Assembly: GCA_964372275.1 (NCBI GenBank)
Contig: CAYJRR010000007.1
Coordinates: 1-64,000, forward strand
Direction: 5' to 3'
DNA from: an uncultured bacterium
GTDB taxonomy: Bacteria > CAYJRR01
Length of the DNA: 64,000 nt
Below, piece after piece: positions 38,501 through 48,029 of the stretch. Position numbers and translations under genes: made by a program. Under the pieces are notes generated by a model. The model did not search any database and was not told where the DNA came from. It worked only from the letters and a program-made list of their open reading frames with translations. Positions within the stretch are counted from its first letter, which is position 1. Every line of letters begins with the position of its first letter.

Positions 38501-41186
38501 CGTAGATGCTCTTCGCCCGTCCGTCGCTGGAGGTTCCGATCCCGCGGATCACCGCGCGGATCCGATCGCCGTCCTTCTGCGCGTCGGAAAGCCGCTTCAG
38601 GACGACGAGCCCGATCCCCTCGCCGAGGATCGTTCCGTCGGCGCGGTCGGAGAAGGGCCGCGCATCGCCGGTCGGCGACAACGCCGGCGTCTTGCTGAAG
38701 CACATGTGCATGAAGATGTCGTTGAGCGTGTCGGCACCGCCGGTGAGCACCAGGTCGGTCCGCCCCGCGCGCAGCTCGAGGATCGCCAGGTGGATCGCGC
38801 CCAGCGAGCTCGCGCACGCCGCGTCGATGACGCAGTTTGTCCCACCGAAGTCGAGGCGGTTGGCGATGCGCCCCGCGACGACGTTCCCCAACAGACCGGG
38901 GAACGAGTTCTCCTGCCAGCCTACGTACGCCCGCGCGATCCGCTGCACGACCTCCTCGGCCGTCGCCTCGTCGACCCCGGACTCCTTGAGCGCGCGCCGC
39001 CAATGCGGGTGCCCGAGGCGGGCGCCGAGCGAGATCACCAGCTCCTGCGTCCCGGTCACGCCGAGCAGCACGCTGGCGCGCGAGCGGTCCCAGGTGACCC
39101 CTTCGCCGTACCCCGCGTCCTCCATCGCCATGCGCGCGACGACGAGCGAGAGCAGCTGCGCGGTGTCGGTCGCCTCGAGGATCGCCGGCGGAATCCCGAA
39201 CTCGGTCGGATCGAACTTCTGTGCGGAGAGGAACGCGCCGCGCCGGACGTAGGTCTTGTCGGGCGCCTTGGGATCCGGGTCGAAGTAGTCGGCGATCGAC
39301 CAGTGCGTCGGCGGCACCTCGCCCACGGCATCGAGCCCGGTGCGCAGCAGCCGCCAGAAGGAGCGCAGGTCGTCCGCTTTCGGGAAGATCGCCCCCATCC
39401 CCACGATCGCGATCGGTTCCTCCGTCTCCGACCGAACCGATCCGATCCGGTCGGAACCGGCATCGGAACCGATTGGATCGGTACCCGTTGCCGTTACCGA
39501 TACCGACTCCGATCGGATCGGTTCGCCGGTAGCGGGTTCATCGGCTGGCGGTCCGGATTCCAGCGCCGCCAGGGCCGCCTCGTCGAGCGGCTCGAACCGC
39601 TCCGCGTCGGGGGGGACGGCGATCCCCTGGCTGCGCAGCGCGGCCACCCGCGCCAGCACCGCGGCGCCGGCCATCAGGTTCTTGGCGATCGGTACGACGC
39701 GGCGCGCCTCCCACGGCTCGAGCCACGATCCCTTCACCCAGTCGTTGAACGCCCCCATCGCCGGGCCGCACCAGACCTGGTAGTCGAGACGGCGGTCGGG
39801 CACCCCGTCGTTGGCCCAGTTCGACGACCGCCCGAGGTAGGAGCGGAAGACGAGCGCCATCTTGTGCTTGGGGTCGCGCAGCGCCTTCTCGATCTGCCGC
39901 GGATCGCGCTCGGCGAAGAAGGAGCGGCAGCCCTCCCACGCCTCGTCGATCGAGGTGCGCAGGAACTTCTGCTCCAGCTCCGTGCGCGCCGCCTCCGGAA
40001 GCGACTCGAGGGAGTCGTAGGCGCGGTACCACTCGTAGAGCTTCGCCGCGCGCACCGGGAAGAGGGTCCCCTTGGAGAGGACCTGCACCTTCACCCCCAT
40101 CTCGAACATGTCGGCGGCCGGCGCCATCGCCACGTCGGTCGGCCCCGCCTGCGCCAGCATCTGCCGCACCAGGTCGGAGGTCCCGGCCTCGCGCGTCGCC
40201 TGGTTGACGCTGCCGGTCAGGACGTAGGCCGCCCCCATGGCGAACGCCGCCGCCGTCGACGCGGGGGTCGCGATCCCGCCGCCGGCACCGATCCGCGGGC
40301 GCGTGGCGTACCGCCGCTCGTCCTGGATCTCGTCGCGCAGCTTCTGGAGGGCCGGCAGCAACAGCACGAGCGGACGGTTGTCGGTGTGCCCGCCGGAGTC
40401 GGCTTCGGCGGAGAGGTCGTCCGCCATCGGGATCGTCTCGGCGAGACGGGCCTGCTCCTCGGTGATCGCCCCGGCCTCGACGAGCTGGCGCAGGAACCGC
40501 TCCGGTGGCGGGGAGAGGAACTTGCGCGCCACCTCGACGCGCGACACCTTGGCCATCACCCGGTTCGGCGCGACGACGAAGCCGTCCGTTCCGCGGTGGA
40601 TGCCCGTCACCCGGTAGCGGACGATCGGCAGCGTCAGGTCGAGGTAGGCCGACGCGCTCACCAGCCGCAGTCCCTTCGCCAGGTAGAGCGCGACGATCGC
40701 CTCCTCCAGGCGGGGATCGTCGGGGCTGTGGATCAGGTTCGCGCCGAACGGGAGACCGCCCAGCGACGACTGGAGGCGATCGATCGCCTGCTCGACCCGC
40801 GCCGGAGAGAGGCCGGCCGCTCCGAAAAACCCGAGCAGGCCCGCCCGCGCGGCCGCTTCGACCATCTCCTCCGAGGCGATGCCGTTCGCCATCTCGCCGG
40901 CGACGTAGGCGTACCGCACGCCGTGCGCCGCCCGGAACGCCGGGTCGCCCAGCTCGGTCGGACGGAGCGGTGGCACGTGCGCCAGGAGCGTGCGGCCTCC
41001 GTCACGCGGGGCGACGCCGAGCGTGGCGCGGCCGCCGGTCGCGACCGCCGGCCGCCCGTTGCCGTCGACGACGTAGACCGGGTGGTGGAGGCGTCGCAGC
41101 GATTCGCGCCAACCCGCCGCGTCGGCGCGCGTTTGGGTGCCGTTCCACGATCCTTGACCCCCACGGGCGCCCACGTCCGCTCGCAT
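32521..41186 (-). CDS. pfaA: Fused PfaD-PfaA PUFA synthase subunit: ER-KS-MAT-ACP(>=2)-KR-DH; as assembled it is broken by a frameshift, two N gaps and an argS fragment
   Basis: [49 protein letters not shown]; in-frame [66 protein letters not shown] and FHGP. Confidence 0.85.
33065..33419 (-). other. argS: Internal fragment of arginyl-tRNA synthetase embedded in the PfaA DH domain (probable chimera)
   Basis: [16 protein letters not shown]...VIYAVD...LHFRQVF...[33 protein letters not shown]...EKNP; abuts the N gap. Confidence 0.85.
36013..36067. repeat. Palindromic linker repeat, copy 2, with perfect 11-bp inverted arms
   Basis: GGGATGACCCT (36018-36028) and AGGGTCATCCC (36051-36061). Confidence 0.85.
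36481..36535. repeat. Palindromic linker repeat, copy 3
   Basis: GGACCCT...AGGGTCC arms; same core as copies 1 and 2. Confidence 0.85.
39433..39525. repeat. 93-bp element with 15-bp perfect terminal inverted repeats at the ER/KS fusion junction
   Basis: CGAACCGATCCGATC (39433-39447) and GATCGGATCGGTTCG (39511-39525). Confidence 0.75.
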
Positions 41187-41529
41187 CGAACCGACCTCCT
41201 AGCTCCTTCGAGAAACGGCGCTTTTAGCATCCCGGGACGCCGGCCGACAACGTTCGTCTGCCGCGGCGGCGGTCCGCACGGAATCCACGCACAGGTGCGG
41301 AAGAACTTCTGTAAGGCGCTGAAAAACTATGAGCTTTCCGACGCGTCAGGGGTGGACGGAGTGTGGATCGTCGGGGCTCGACCGTTCGGAACGGGGCGTG
41401 GCTGTGGATCGTCTCGCCGACGCCAGGCCGGCGGCGACGGCTCTCCCCCAAGCCTTCTCCGCACGGCTTGCGTCCGTGGTGAAGCCCCTCACAGGAGCGA
41501 CAGAGGAGCTCTTTCCAAGGGGACACACG

Positions 41530-42171
41530 ATGAAACGCAGGGGAGCCATCGGAATCGCGGCGCTGGTCTTCGGGATCCTCCCGTGGAGCGCGTTCGCGCA
41601 GGAGCAGCCGGAGATTCAGGTCGAGATCGAGGAGCCGACCGAGCCGAGGATCGTCTTCGAGGCGGGAGGGGGCGTCTTGACCTACACCCAAGGACTCGAC
41701 GCGGTGACCGAGGCGGGGGGCGCATGGAACGTGCGCGGCACCTGGCGGATCGCCGAGCCGTTCGCGATCGAGGCCTCCTACCTCGGCGGCGTGAACGACC
41801 TCGAGACCCTGGCCGGCGAGGAGGCGGTGCTGATGACCAACGCGGGCGACCTGATGGTCCGCGCCGAGCTGCCGGTCACCTTCCCGCAGGGCCAGGACAT
41901 CAAGGTTTCGCCGTTCGTCGCGGCGGGGATCGGCTTCGAGAACCACCGGATCGCGGGACCGGACCGTGAGCAGGTCGCCGACCGGTACACCGATTCGAAC
42001 GACCTCGCGATCCCGGCGGCGATCGGGGTGCAGGCCTACGTCGGCGATCGGTTGACCGTCAGCGCGCGCGGGACCTACCGGTTCATCCCGGACGACGACG
42101 TGAGGGTCGACGATCCGAACCGCACCGCGCAGTCGTTCGCCGCCACCGGCAACCTCGGCGTCACCTTTTGA
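41530..42171 (+). CDS. Small outer-membrane beta-barrel protein
   Basis: Signal peptide ending AFA; alternating beta strands (IEASYLG, SPFVAAGIGF, ARGTYRF); C-terminal Phe (LGVTF). Confidence 0.75.
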   Translation: MKRRGAIGIAALVFGILPWSAFAQEQPEIQVEIEEPTEPRIVFEAGGGVLTYTQGLDAVTEAGGAWNVRGTWRIAEPFAIEASYLGGVNDLETLAGEEAVLMTNAGDLMVRAELPVTFPQGQDIKVSPFVAAGIGFENHRIAGPDREQVADRYTDSNDLAIPAAIGVQAYVGDRLTVSARGTYRFIPDDDVRVDDPNRTAQSFAATGNLGVTF

Positions 42172-43531
42172 CGAACAGGGCGGCCAGCCCGCCGCCGCGG
42201 CTGACGTTCACGATCGGCCGCAGGCAGGCACGCCCGAGGATCCCGCCGCCGAACGGCTGGCTGATGACGCCGAAGGTGACGTAGTGCGGCTCCGCGTCGC
42301 CGCGCACCCGTGGCAGCGGGAAGGAGAGCTTGGCGCCGGGATGGAACCGCTGCACCACCCAGCGGTTCGTCTCGCGCAGCGCGCGATCGACCGCGCGCGA
42401 CCAGCGCCGCGCGTCGAGGAGCGGCCCCAGTGTCACCCCTTCGCCGCCGCAGGAGAGGTTCGGTTTGAGCACCAGCCGGCGCCGGTTCGCGCGGGTGAAC
42501 GCGACCAGGTCGACCTCGGCGCCGTCCGGGCCTTCGGTGCGCGTCTCGCGCAAGAGGCGGGTCCAGAGGAGGTGCCGTGTCAGGATCCGGCGGTCGCCGG
42601 GGTCGATGAAGCGCCGCGTGCGCGCCGAGGTCAGGACCTCCCAGACGCTTTTCTGGTCGAAGTCGCCGGCGATCCCCGAGACGACGACGTTGCGGCGGAA
42701 CGCCTCGCGCACCGCGTCGAGCCGGTGCCCCTCGGCCTCCAGGTCGATGAAGTCGGCGAGCTCCATGTTGCGGTAGAGGAGATCGACCGGGTTCCCGTCC
42801 AGCCGGAAACGGCCCCCCCGGACGGCGAGCGCTCGCGGATCGCCGATCGTGCAGCGAAGCCCCTTGGCCCGCAGGTAGGCGGCGAGCGAGGGCATCTCGG
42901 TGATCCCCAGGTCCCATTCGCGGTTCTCGAGGATCCCGATCGAGCGGGGTGGCGCGAGCCCGATCGAGTCGGCGTGGGCGAGGAGCGTGCGCTCGGTCAG
43001 GGCGCACGGATCCGGAAGCGGCTCGAACCCGCGACAGAGATCCCGGTGCGCGGAGAGCACCAGCTCGTCGAGCACGCGCGCCGACTCGGCGGCGTAGAAC
43101 TGCCCGCCGATGGCGCAGCCGTTGGTTTCGAAGGCGACGGTCGCCTTCGGGTCGGCCGGCGCGTCCAAGTCGTTGCGGCTGACCACCGATTGGCGGCCCT
43201 CGTGCTCGTCCCGCCAGACGTCCTCGATCCACCGCCGTTCGGGCTCCGGGAACACGAGCACCTCGCGGATCTCCGGATGTCTCGCGTAGAGCCCCGGCAT
43301 CCGGCGGACCGGTCTCTTGATCGCCTCGCTCAAGGTCGTCAGCCGTTCCACGTGCCCCGGCCGCAGGGCCAGGGGGGCGGGCATCAGGTCGATCGCCTTC
43401 TTCTCGCCGTCGCCGACGTCGACGTGGACTCCGCGCGCGAAGCAGGCGGCCTTGAGCCTGGAGATCAGCCGTTCGCGCCGGACGGACCGTTCGATGCGGG
43501 TGCGTAGCGTGGGGTCGAGCATGAGGTTCAT
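42161..43531 (-). CDS. Circularly permuted ATP-grasp (glutathionylspermidine synthase-like) ligase
   Basis: SRNDL...FETNG...GG, DLLYRN, DQKSVWEVL, WTRLL, LVLKPNLSCGGEGVTLG, WVVQRF and VNVSRGGG. Confidence 0.7.
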   Translation of the reverse strand: MNLMLDPTLRTRIERSVRRERLISRLKAACFARGVHVDVGDGEKKAIDLMPAPLALRPGHVERLTTLSEAIKRPVRRMPGLYARHPEIREVLVFPEPERRWIEDVWRDEHEGRQSVVSRNDLDAPADPKATVAFETNGCAIGGQFYAAESARVLDELVLSAHRDLCRGFEPLPDPCALTERTLLAHADSIGLAPPRSIGILENREWDLGITEMPSLAAYLRAKGLRCTIGDPRALAVRGGRFRLDGNPVDLLYRNMELADFIDLEAEGHRLDAVREAFRRNVVVSGIAGDFDQKSVWEVLTSARTRRFIDPGDRRILTRHLLWTRLLRETRTEGPDGAEVDLVAFTRANRRRLVLKPNLSCGGEGVTLGPLLDARRWSRAVDRALRETNRWVVQRFHPGAKLSFPLPRVRGDAEPHYVTFGVISQPFGGGILGRACLRPIVNVSRGGGLAALFVKR

Positions 43532-44298
43532 CCGACCGGGGTGTCGGGAAGGAGGTTGTAGTTGGTGCCGCGGACCACGCTCTCCATCCAGTCGGCGACG
43601 GTGGCGCGCACGCGGTCGACCGGCACGTCGAACGGCGTCCACTTGAGGCGCGGCCGGACCGGACCGCGGAGCGCCACCACCTCCTCCACGTAGGCGAGCT
43701 TCTCCAGCACGCGCGGCGAGCCGGCGAAGTCCCTCCGCCAGCGGTGACGACGCTCGAGCCAGTGCTCGAAGCAGACGGCGAAGTCCTCGTCGGGGTGGCG
43801 CGTCGCGTAGAGCAGGATCACCTCGCCTCGCTCCAGGCGGTTCCGGCCCGCGGCGTTCGGCCGCCAGATCTCGGGGTAGGAGTTGAAGAAGTGCCCCTTC
43901 ACCCCGAACAGGCGGCGGAAGCGCTCGGTGCGATAGAGGTGGTGCGCGTAGCAGAAGGCGTGACCCACCTCGTGTCGCAACGTCCGGAGGATGCGCCTGC
44001 GATCGCGGGTGCGGATCCCGGCCCGCTTGGCGAGCCGCTGCGCGAAGGGGAAGCCGTCCGTCCACAGCAGTCCGATGGTGGCCGAGCCGGTGATGCAGCC
44101 GTACTCCGTCGAGAGATAGAAGCGCGGCCGGAGGGCGATCCCGGCGGCGGCCAGCTCGCGGTAGAGACGCTTCACCAGCGGCGCGAATCGCGACCGGTCG
44201 AACCGGAGATTCAGGTCGCACACCCGGGCGCGAAGCACCCGCTCGGCCGCCGGGACGCGGATCGAAAAGGTCGCGCGCCGCTTCACCGCCCTCATCAT
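43528..44298 (-). CDS. Putative cytoplasmic zinc-binding metallopeptidase
   Basis: LRHEVGHA (HExxH), FRRLFG and YATRHPDEDFA; ATGA-coupled to the ATP-grasp gene. Confidence 0.75.
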   Translation of the reverse strand: MMRAVKRRATFSIRVPAAERVLRARVCDLNLRFDRSRFAPLVKRLYRELAAAGIALRPRFYLSTEYGCITGSATIGLLWTDGFPFAQRLAKRAGIRTRDRRRILRTLRHEVGHAFCYAHHLYRTERFRRLFGVKGHFFNSYPEIWRPNAAGRNRLERGEVILLYATRHPDEDFAVCFEHWLERRHRWRRDFAGSPRVLEKLAYVEEVVALRGPVRPRLKWTPFDVPVDRVRATVADWMESVVRGTNYNLLPDTPVG

Positions 44299-44315
44299 AC
44301 CGCGCGCGAGGCCGC

Positions 44316-44900
44316 CTACGGTTGGACCGATCCGTCCGCGGGCAGGCGCACCTCCCAGAGCGGAGCGTCGCGATCGGCGAACCGCACGAAGGCGCGCCCG
44401 GCCGACGGGAACCAATCGATCTCCAGCTCCTGGACGACGTGGCCGATCCGGACCGTGCGCAGGACGCGCTGCGGCGTCTGTTTCAGTCTCCCGGCGAGGG
44501 CCGCCGGTTCCCCCGCGTCTCGTACGGCGAGCGGCCGATGGACCGACCGGACCACGCCGTCGTGGAGGAAGACGATCAGCACCGGACGCTCGGCATCGCC
44601 GGGATCGTCGAACGGATATTCCCAGGCCACCAGCGGCACGGCGCGGCCGCCGCTCTTCCGTTCGATCTCCCGGACTTCGCCCGGTTCCGACGGGATCGCC
44701 AGCGGATCGATCTCGCCCGGAGCGACCCAATCGCGCCACTCGCGCGCCGGCGGTCCGAGACGGGCGCGCACGTCGGCCGTCTTCGATCGGCCGGGTGCGA
44801 TTCGGTCGAGGTCGGACGGAACCAGCGTCCGGGCGGACGGCGCGGCGCCCGCGGTCGCCAACGCAGCGAGGAGCGCGACGATCGGTCCCCGCGTCTTCAC
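44316..44900 (-). CDS. Hypothetical secreted protein, BamE/SmpA-like N-terminal motif
   Basis: Signal peptide; IAPGRSKTADVRARLGPP...WEY...IVFLHDGVV. Confidence 0.5.
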   Translation of the reverse strand: MKTRGPIVALLAALATAGAAPSARTLVPSDLDRIAPGRSKTADVRARLGPPAREWRDWVAPGEIDPLAIPSEPGEVREIERKSGGRAVPLVAWEYPFDDPGDAERPVLIVFLHDGVVRSVHRPLAVRDAGEPAALAGRLKQTPQRVLRTVRIGHVVQELEIDWFPSAGRAFVRFADRDAPLWEVRLPADGSVQP

Positions 44901-46105
44901 GGGCAGTCCCCCATCGGCGTCACGGTCGCGCGGAGCGCGTCGGTCATCCCGACCACCGCGGCCGCCGGCCGGCGCGGGTCCGACCAGCAGGCCGGCCGGG
45001 GGCCGGCGAGGTTCTCCAGGCACGACCCCAGGTTCTTCCGGAGCCAGCCGATCTCCGTCGGATCGAGCTGGGCGCAGAATCCGGCCGGATCGTAGGCGAA
45101 CATCTCGATCGCCATCGCGTAGTACTCGAGGCCGAACGGGTCGTCCGCGGCGTGTCGATCCCCGGGGAAGCGACTCAGCAACCCGCAGGCCCGGTAGGCC
45201 GCGTTGAGCGCCGACTCCTGCCGGCAGCGCTCCGCTTCGAAGTCGCGGGTGATCGCCTCCCGGGCGGCGACGGTCTGCCGGTTGTGGCGTTGCCGCTCCT
45301 CTTCCAGCCGGCGCAGCGCATCGCGAGACGCGTCCGCGATGCGCTCCCGTTCGCGGTCGGCCGCGTCCGGGTCGATCCGACCCGCCTTCTCGCCGGCGTC
45401 GACCGCCTCGTGCTCCCGGTTGTACCGCTCGAGTACCCGGTTCGCGGCCTCGTTGAACTCCCGGAGGTTCGTCGCGTCGGCGTCGTCCAGCGGCTTCTCG
45501 CGCCGCTCGCGTTCCTTGAACGTCCGGTCGAGGGCCTCCTTGGCGCGCATCGCGTTCGGACTGGACTGATAGCAGGCGTAGGCCGACTTGTACTTCAGTC
45601 GGAGGAACCCGTCCGCTTTCCGCGACTTGGACAGAAAGCCGCCCAGGCACTGCTTGTCCATGTGGTGACACGCTTCGTGGAGGACGGTTCGGTCGAGGGG
45701 CCATGCCTTCTCGGCGGTTTCCGGGTCGGGACAGGCGCCGGCAATCTTCTCGATCTCCTTCCCCCGGACCGCCGCGTCGGGTGCGACGTGCCCCAGCGGG
45801 AGGTAGATCGCGCCGTTCCCGCGCTGGTGACAGTAGTAGGCGTTGGCGTCGAACGGCATCTCCGGCAGGAGCAGCACCTCCGCATCGGCGCCGTTGCAGC
45901 CGAGGATGCACGACGGGACCTTGCGGATCGCGTCCTGCACCTTCTTCGCCGCCGGATCGGCGGCCGGTCCATCGCGCGTCACCGGGATCGACTTGATCTC
46001 CGGCGGCAGATCGCAGCTTTCGGCTCCGGCCGCGGCGGCGGACCTCGCCGTCAATGCCGCGATCGCCAGAACGCCGACGCGGATCGATCGGGTCGTTCGC
46101 GCCAC
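44897..46105 (-). CDS. Secreted HExxH (zincin-like) protein with coiled-coil insert
   Basis: Signal peptide; VLHEACHHMD; distal EYYAMAIEMF; multiple Cys. Confidence 0.6.
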   Translation of the reverse strand: MARTTRSIRVGVLAIAALTARSAAAAGAESCDLPPEIKSIPVTRDGPAADPAAKKVQDAIRKVPSCILGCNGADAEVLLLPEMPFDANAYYCHQRGNGAIYLPLGHVAPDAAVRGKEIEKIAGACPDPETAEKAWPLDRTVLHEACHHMDKQCLGGFLSKSRKADGFLRLKYKSAYACYQSSPNAMRAKEALDRTFKERERREKPLDDADATNLREFNEAANRVLERYNREHEAVDAGEKAGRIDPDAADRERERIADASRDALRRLEEERQRHNRQTVAAREAITRDFEAERCRQESALNAAYRACGLLSRFPGDRHAADDPFGLEYYAMAIEMFAYDPAGFCAQLDPTEIGWLRKNLGSCLENLAGPRPACWSDPRRPAAAVVGMTDALRATVTPMGDCP

Positions 46106-46173
46106 CGGCCCCCCGTCCGACGATCTTACGCCTGGGCCGGCCACGGTGCGATACTTCGCGCCGGGAGGTCTCG

Positions 46174-46572
46174 ATGAAGGTCGAACGCCGTCCGTTCCTC
46201 GGCGGGCTCCTCGGTCTGTTGGGGCTGCTCGCCGTCTCGCCGGCCGATGCCGGCCCGCGCCAACGTCGCCGCCGTCGCCGCCGCCGCCGCCGGATTCGCC
46301 GCCGGGTGCTGTGGCGCACGGTCGGAGGCCGGCGCCTGCTCGTCGTTCCGCTGGCGGTCGCCGTCGGCTGGGAGCTGATGGTCGACGACCGCGTGGTGAT
46401 CGTGCACGAGGTCCGACCCGACGTGATCGTGGTCAAGGATGCGTCCGGAAAGACCGAGGAGATCGCGGTCGTGAAGGAGGACGACGCCGAGAACGCCAAG
46501 GAGCTCGAGGGCTCCGAGACCGACGAGGAGGAGGACGAACCGGAGTCCGGGTCCGGATCGAAATCTCCGTGA
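46174..46572 (+). CDS. Hypothetical Tat-exported protein with poly-Arg N-terminus and acidic C-terminus
   Basis: GGAGG RBS; ERRPFL twin-arginine motif, h-region and ADA cleavage site; R10 run. Confidence 0.65.
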   Translation: MKVERRPFLGGLLGLLGLLAVSPADAGPRQRRRRRRRRRRIRRRVLWRTVGGRRLLVVPLAVAVGWELMVDDRVVIVHEVRPDVIVVKDASGKTEEIAVVKEDDAENAKELEGSETDEEEDEPESGSGSKSP

Positions 46573-46608
46573 CGGGAGGACCGGAGCGGAACGGCTTCGC
46601 GGCGCGTT

Positions 46609-46662
46609 GGAGGGAGAAGTCGGCGGGGGTGGAGTCCGCACCCGCCGACTTCGTCCCCCTCC
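46609..46662. terminator. GC-rich stem-loop (terminator-like or REP-like) after the 46174 gene
   Basis: GAAGTCGGCGGG (46616-46627) pairs with CCCGCCGACTTC (46641-46652); outer GGAGGG/CCCTCC; no U tract. Confidence 0.45.
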
Positions 46663-46688
46663 TCCTTGGGAATCGGCCGTTTCCCCGC

Positions 46689-46704
46689 TGGCCGGACGTT
46701 TGCT
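46689..46704 (+). promoter_or_regulatory. Sigma-54 promoter
   Basis: TGGCCG-GACGT-TTGCT with GG-N10-GC spacing; GGAGG RBS and ATG 46728 follow. Confidence 0.55.
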
Positions 46705-46727
46705 AACGCACTGCGTCGGAGGACTCG

Positions 46728-47606
46728 ATGCGACGAACGACGGCGATCGGTGCGGTGCTGTGGCTGTGTGCGTGCAACTCGACCGAGGTCCACGAGGGTG
46801 GCGGGTCGCCGGTGAGACCGGGTGACGGGCTCGCCGACGGAGCGGTGCGGGTCGAGGGCTGGTATCCGAGGATCGACGGCGGATCGACCGTCGCGATGGC
46901 CTCGATCGCCTCGGAGCGGTGGCGGCTGGGCCTTCCGGCCGTGCCGATCGACGACTGCCTCGCCTTCGCCCCCGGTGAAGACCCCTGGGCGCCCGAGACG
47001 CCGTGCTCCGTCGCCTGCGCGACCGGCGAATACTGCGGCGATGACGGCGCCTGCCATCCGGTCCCGACGCCCGTCGGCGTCGGCACGATCCGCGTCGATG
47101 GCGGCGACCGGCCGATCGAGCTTTCGTTCGAGGACGAGTGCGAAGCCGCCGGCTGCTATCGCATGACCGAGCCGGCGCCCGAGCCGCTCTTCCACGGCGG
47201 TGAGACGGTGGCGATCTCCGCACCCGGAGACGAGCGTCCCGGCTTCGAGATCGACGTCCGCTTCCCGCGCCCTCTCGCCATGACCGCCCCCGCGCTGCGC
47301 GTCTTTCCGGAGGCGGAGCCGATCGCCGTCGGCGAATCCGCGACCTTCCGCTGGGAGGCCGGCGATCCGGGCGACGACGTCGAGATCTCGTTCGTGAGCC
47401 TCTACGGCGGCGCCGTGATGTGCCGCGCGCGCGACGACGGCGAATTCACCATCGCCTGGGAACACCTGTCGGTGCTTCCGCGCCAGACGAACGAGCTCGA
47501 GGCGTTCATCGAACGGCGGACCGCCCTCCGTTGGAACACCGCGGCCGGGACGATCGACGCCATCGCCGCGAGCGTCGAGAGCGGCACCTTCATCATCCAG
47601 CCGTAG
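46728..47606 (+). CDS. Cys-rich hypothetical lipoprotein
   Basis: Lipobox [33 protein letters not shown]. Confidence 0.65.
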   Translation: MRRTTAIGAVLWLCACNSTEVHEGGGSPVRPGDGLADGAVRVEGWYPRIDGGSTVAMASIASERWRLGLPAVPIDDCLAFAPGEDPWAPETPCSVACATGEYCGDDGACHPVPTPVGVGTIRVDGGDRPIELSFEDECEAAGCYRMTEPAPEPLFHGGETVAISAPGDERPGFEIDVRFPRPLAMTAPALRVFPEAEPIAVGESATFRWEAGDPGDDVEISFVSLYGGAVMCRARDDGEFTIAWEHLSVLPRQTNELEAFIERRTALRWNTAAGTIDAIAASVESGTFIIQP

Positions 47607-47631
47607 GCGGTCCCGTGATAGACCGGGCGCG

Positions 47632-47910
47632 ATGGAACGGGCGCGGGCGCATCTGTGGATCTCGGGTCGCGTGCAAGGGGTGGCCTATCGCGCCAGCGCG
47701 GCGCGCGAGGCGGCCCGCCAGGGCGTGCGAGGCTGGGTGCGGAACCTCCCCGACGGGCGGGTGGAAGCGGTGGCGGAAGGACCGGCCGACGGCGTCGAGG
47801 CCTTCATCGAGTGGTGCCGCCGCGGCCCGACCGCCGCGCGCGTCGACGCGGTGGAGATCGACCGGGAGACGCCGACCGGCGAGTTCCGCCGCTTCGACGT
47901 CACCGGGTAG
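47632..47910 (+). CDS. acyP: Acylphosphatase
   Basis: [23 protein letters not shown] and WCRRGP. Confidence 0.95.
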   Translation: MERARAHLWISGRVQGVAYRASAAREAARQGVRGWVRNLPDGRVEAVAEGPADGVEAFIEWCRRGPTAARVDAVEIDRETPTGEFRRFDVTG

Positions 47911-47956
47911 CGGAGGGTCGGGATGACCGCCGAGCGGCCTGCGACGCGCCGAGCGC

Positions 47957-47974
47957 ATTGACTGATCTGTCAAT
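47957..47974. promoter_or_regulatory. Palindromic operator candidate
   Basis: ATTGAC-TGATCT-GTCAAT, upstream of the LVIVD gene. Confidence 0.5.
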
Positions 47975-48029
47975 CGGGGCGTCTCATCCCGCGCCCGCGG
48001 CGCCTCCAGAGCGCCGCATGGAGGCGGCG

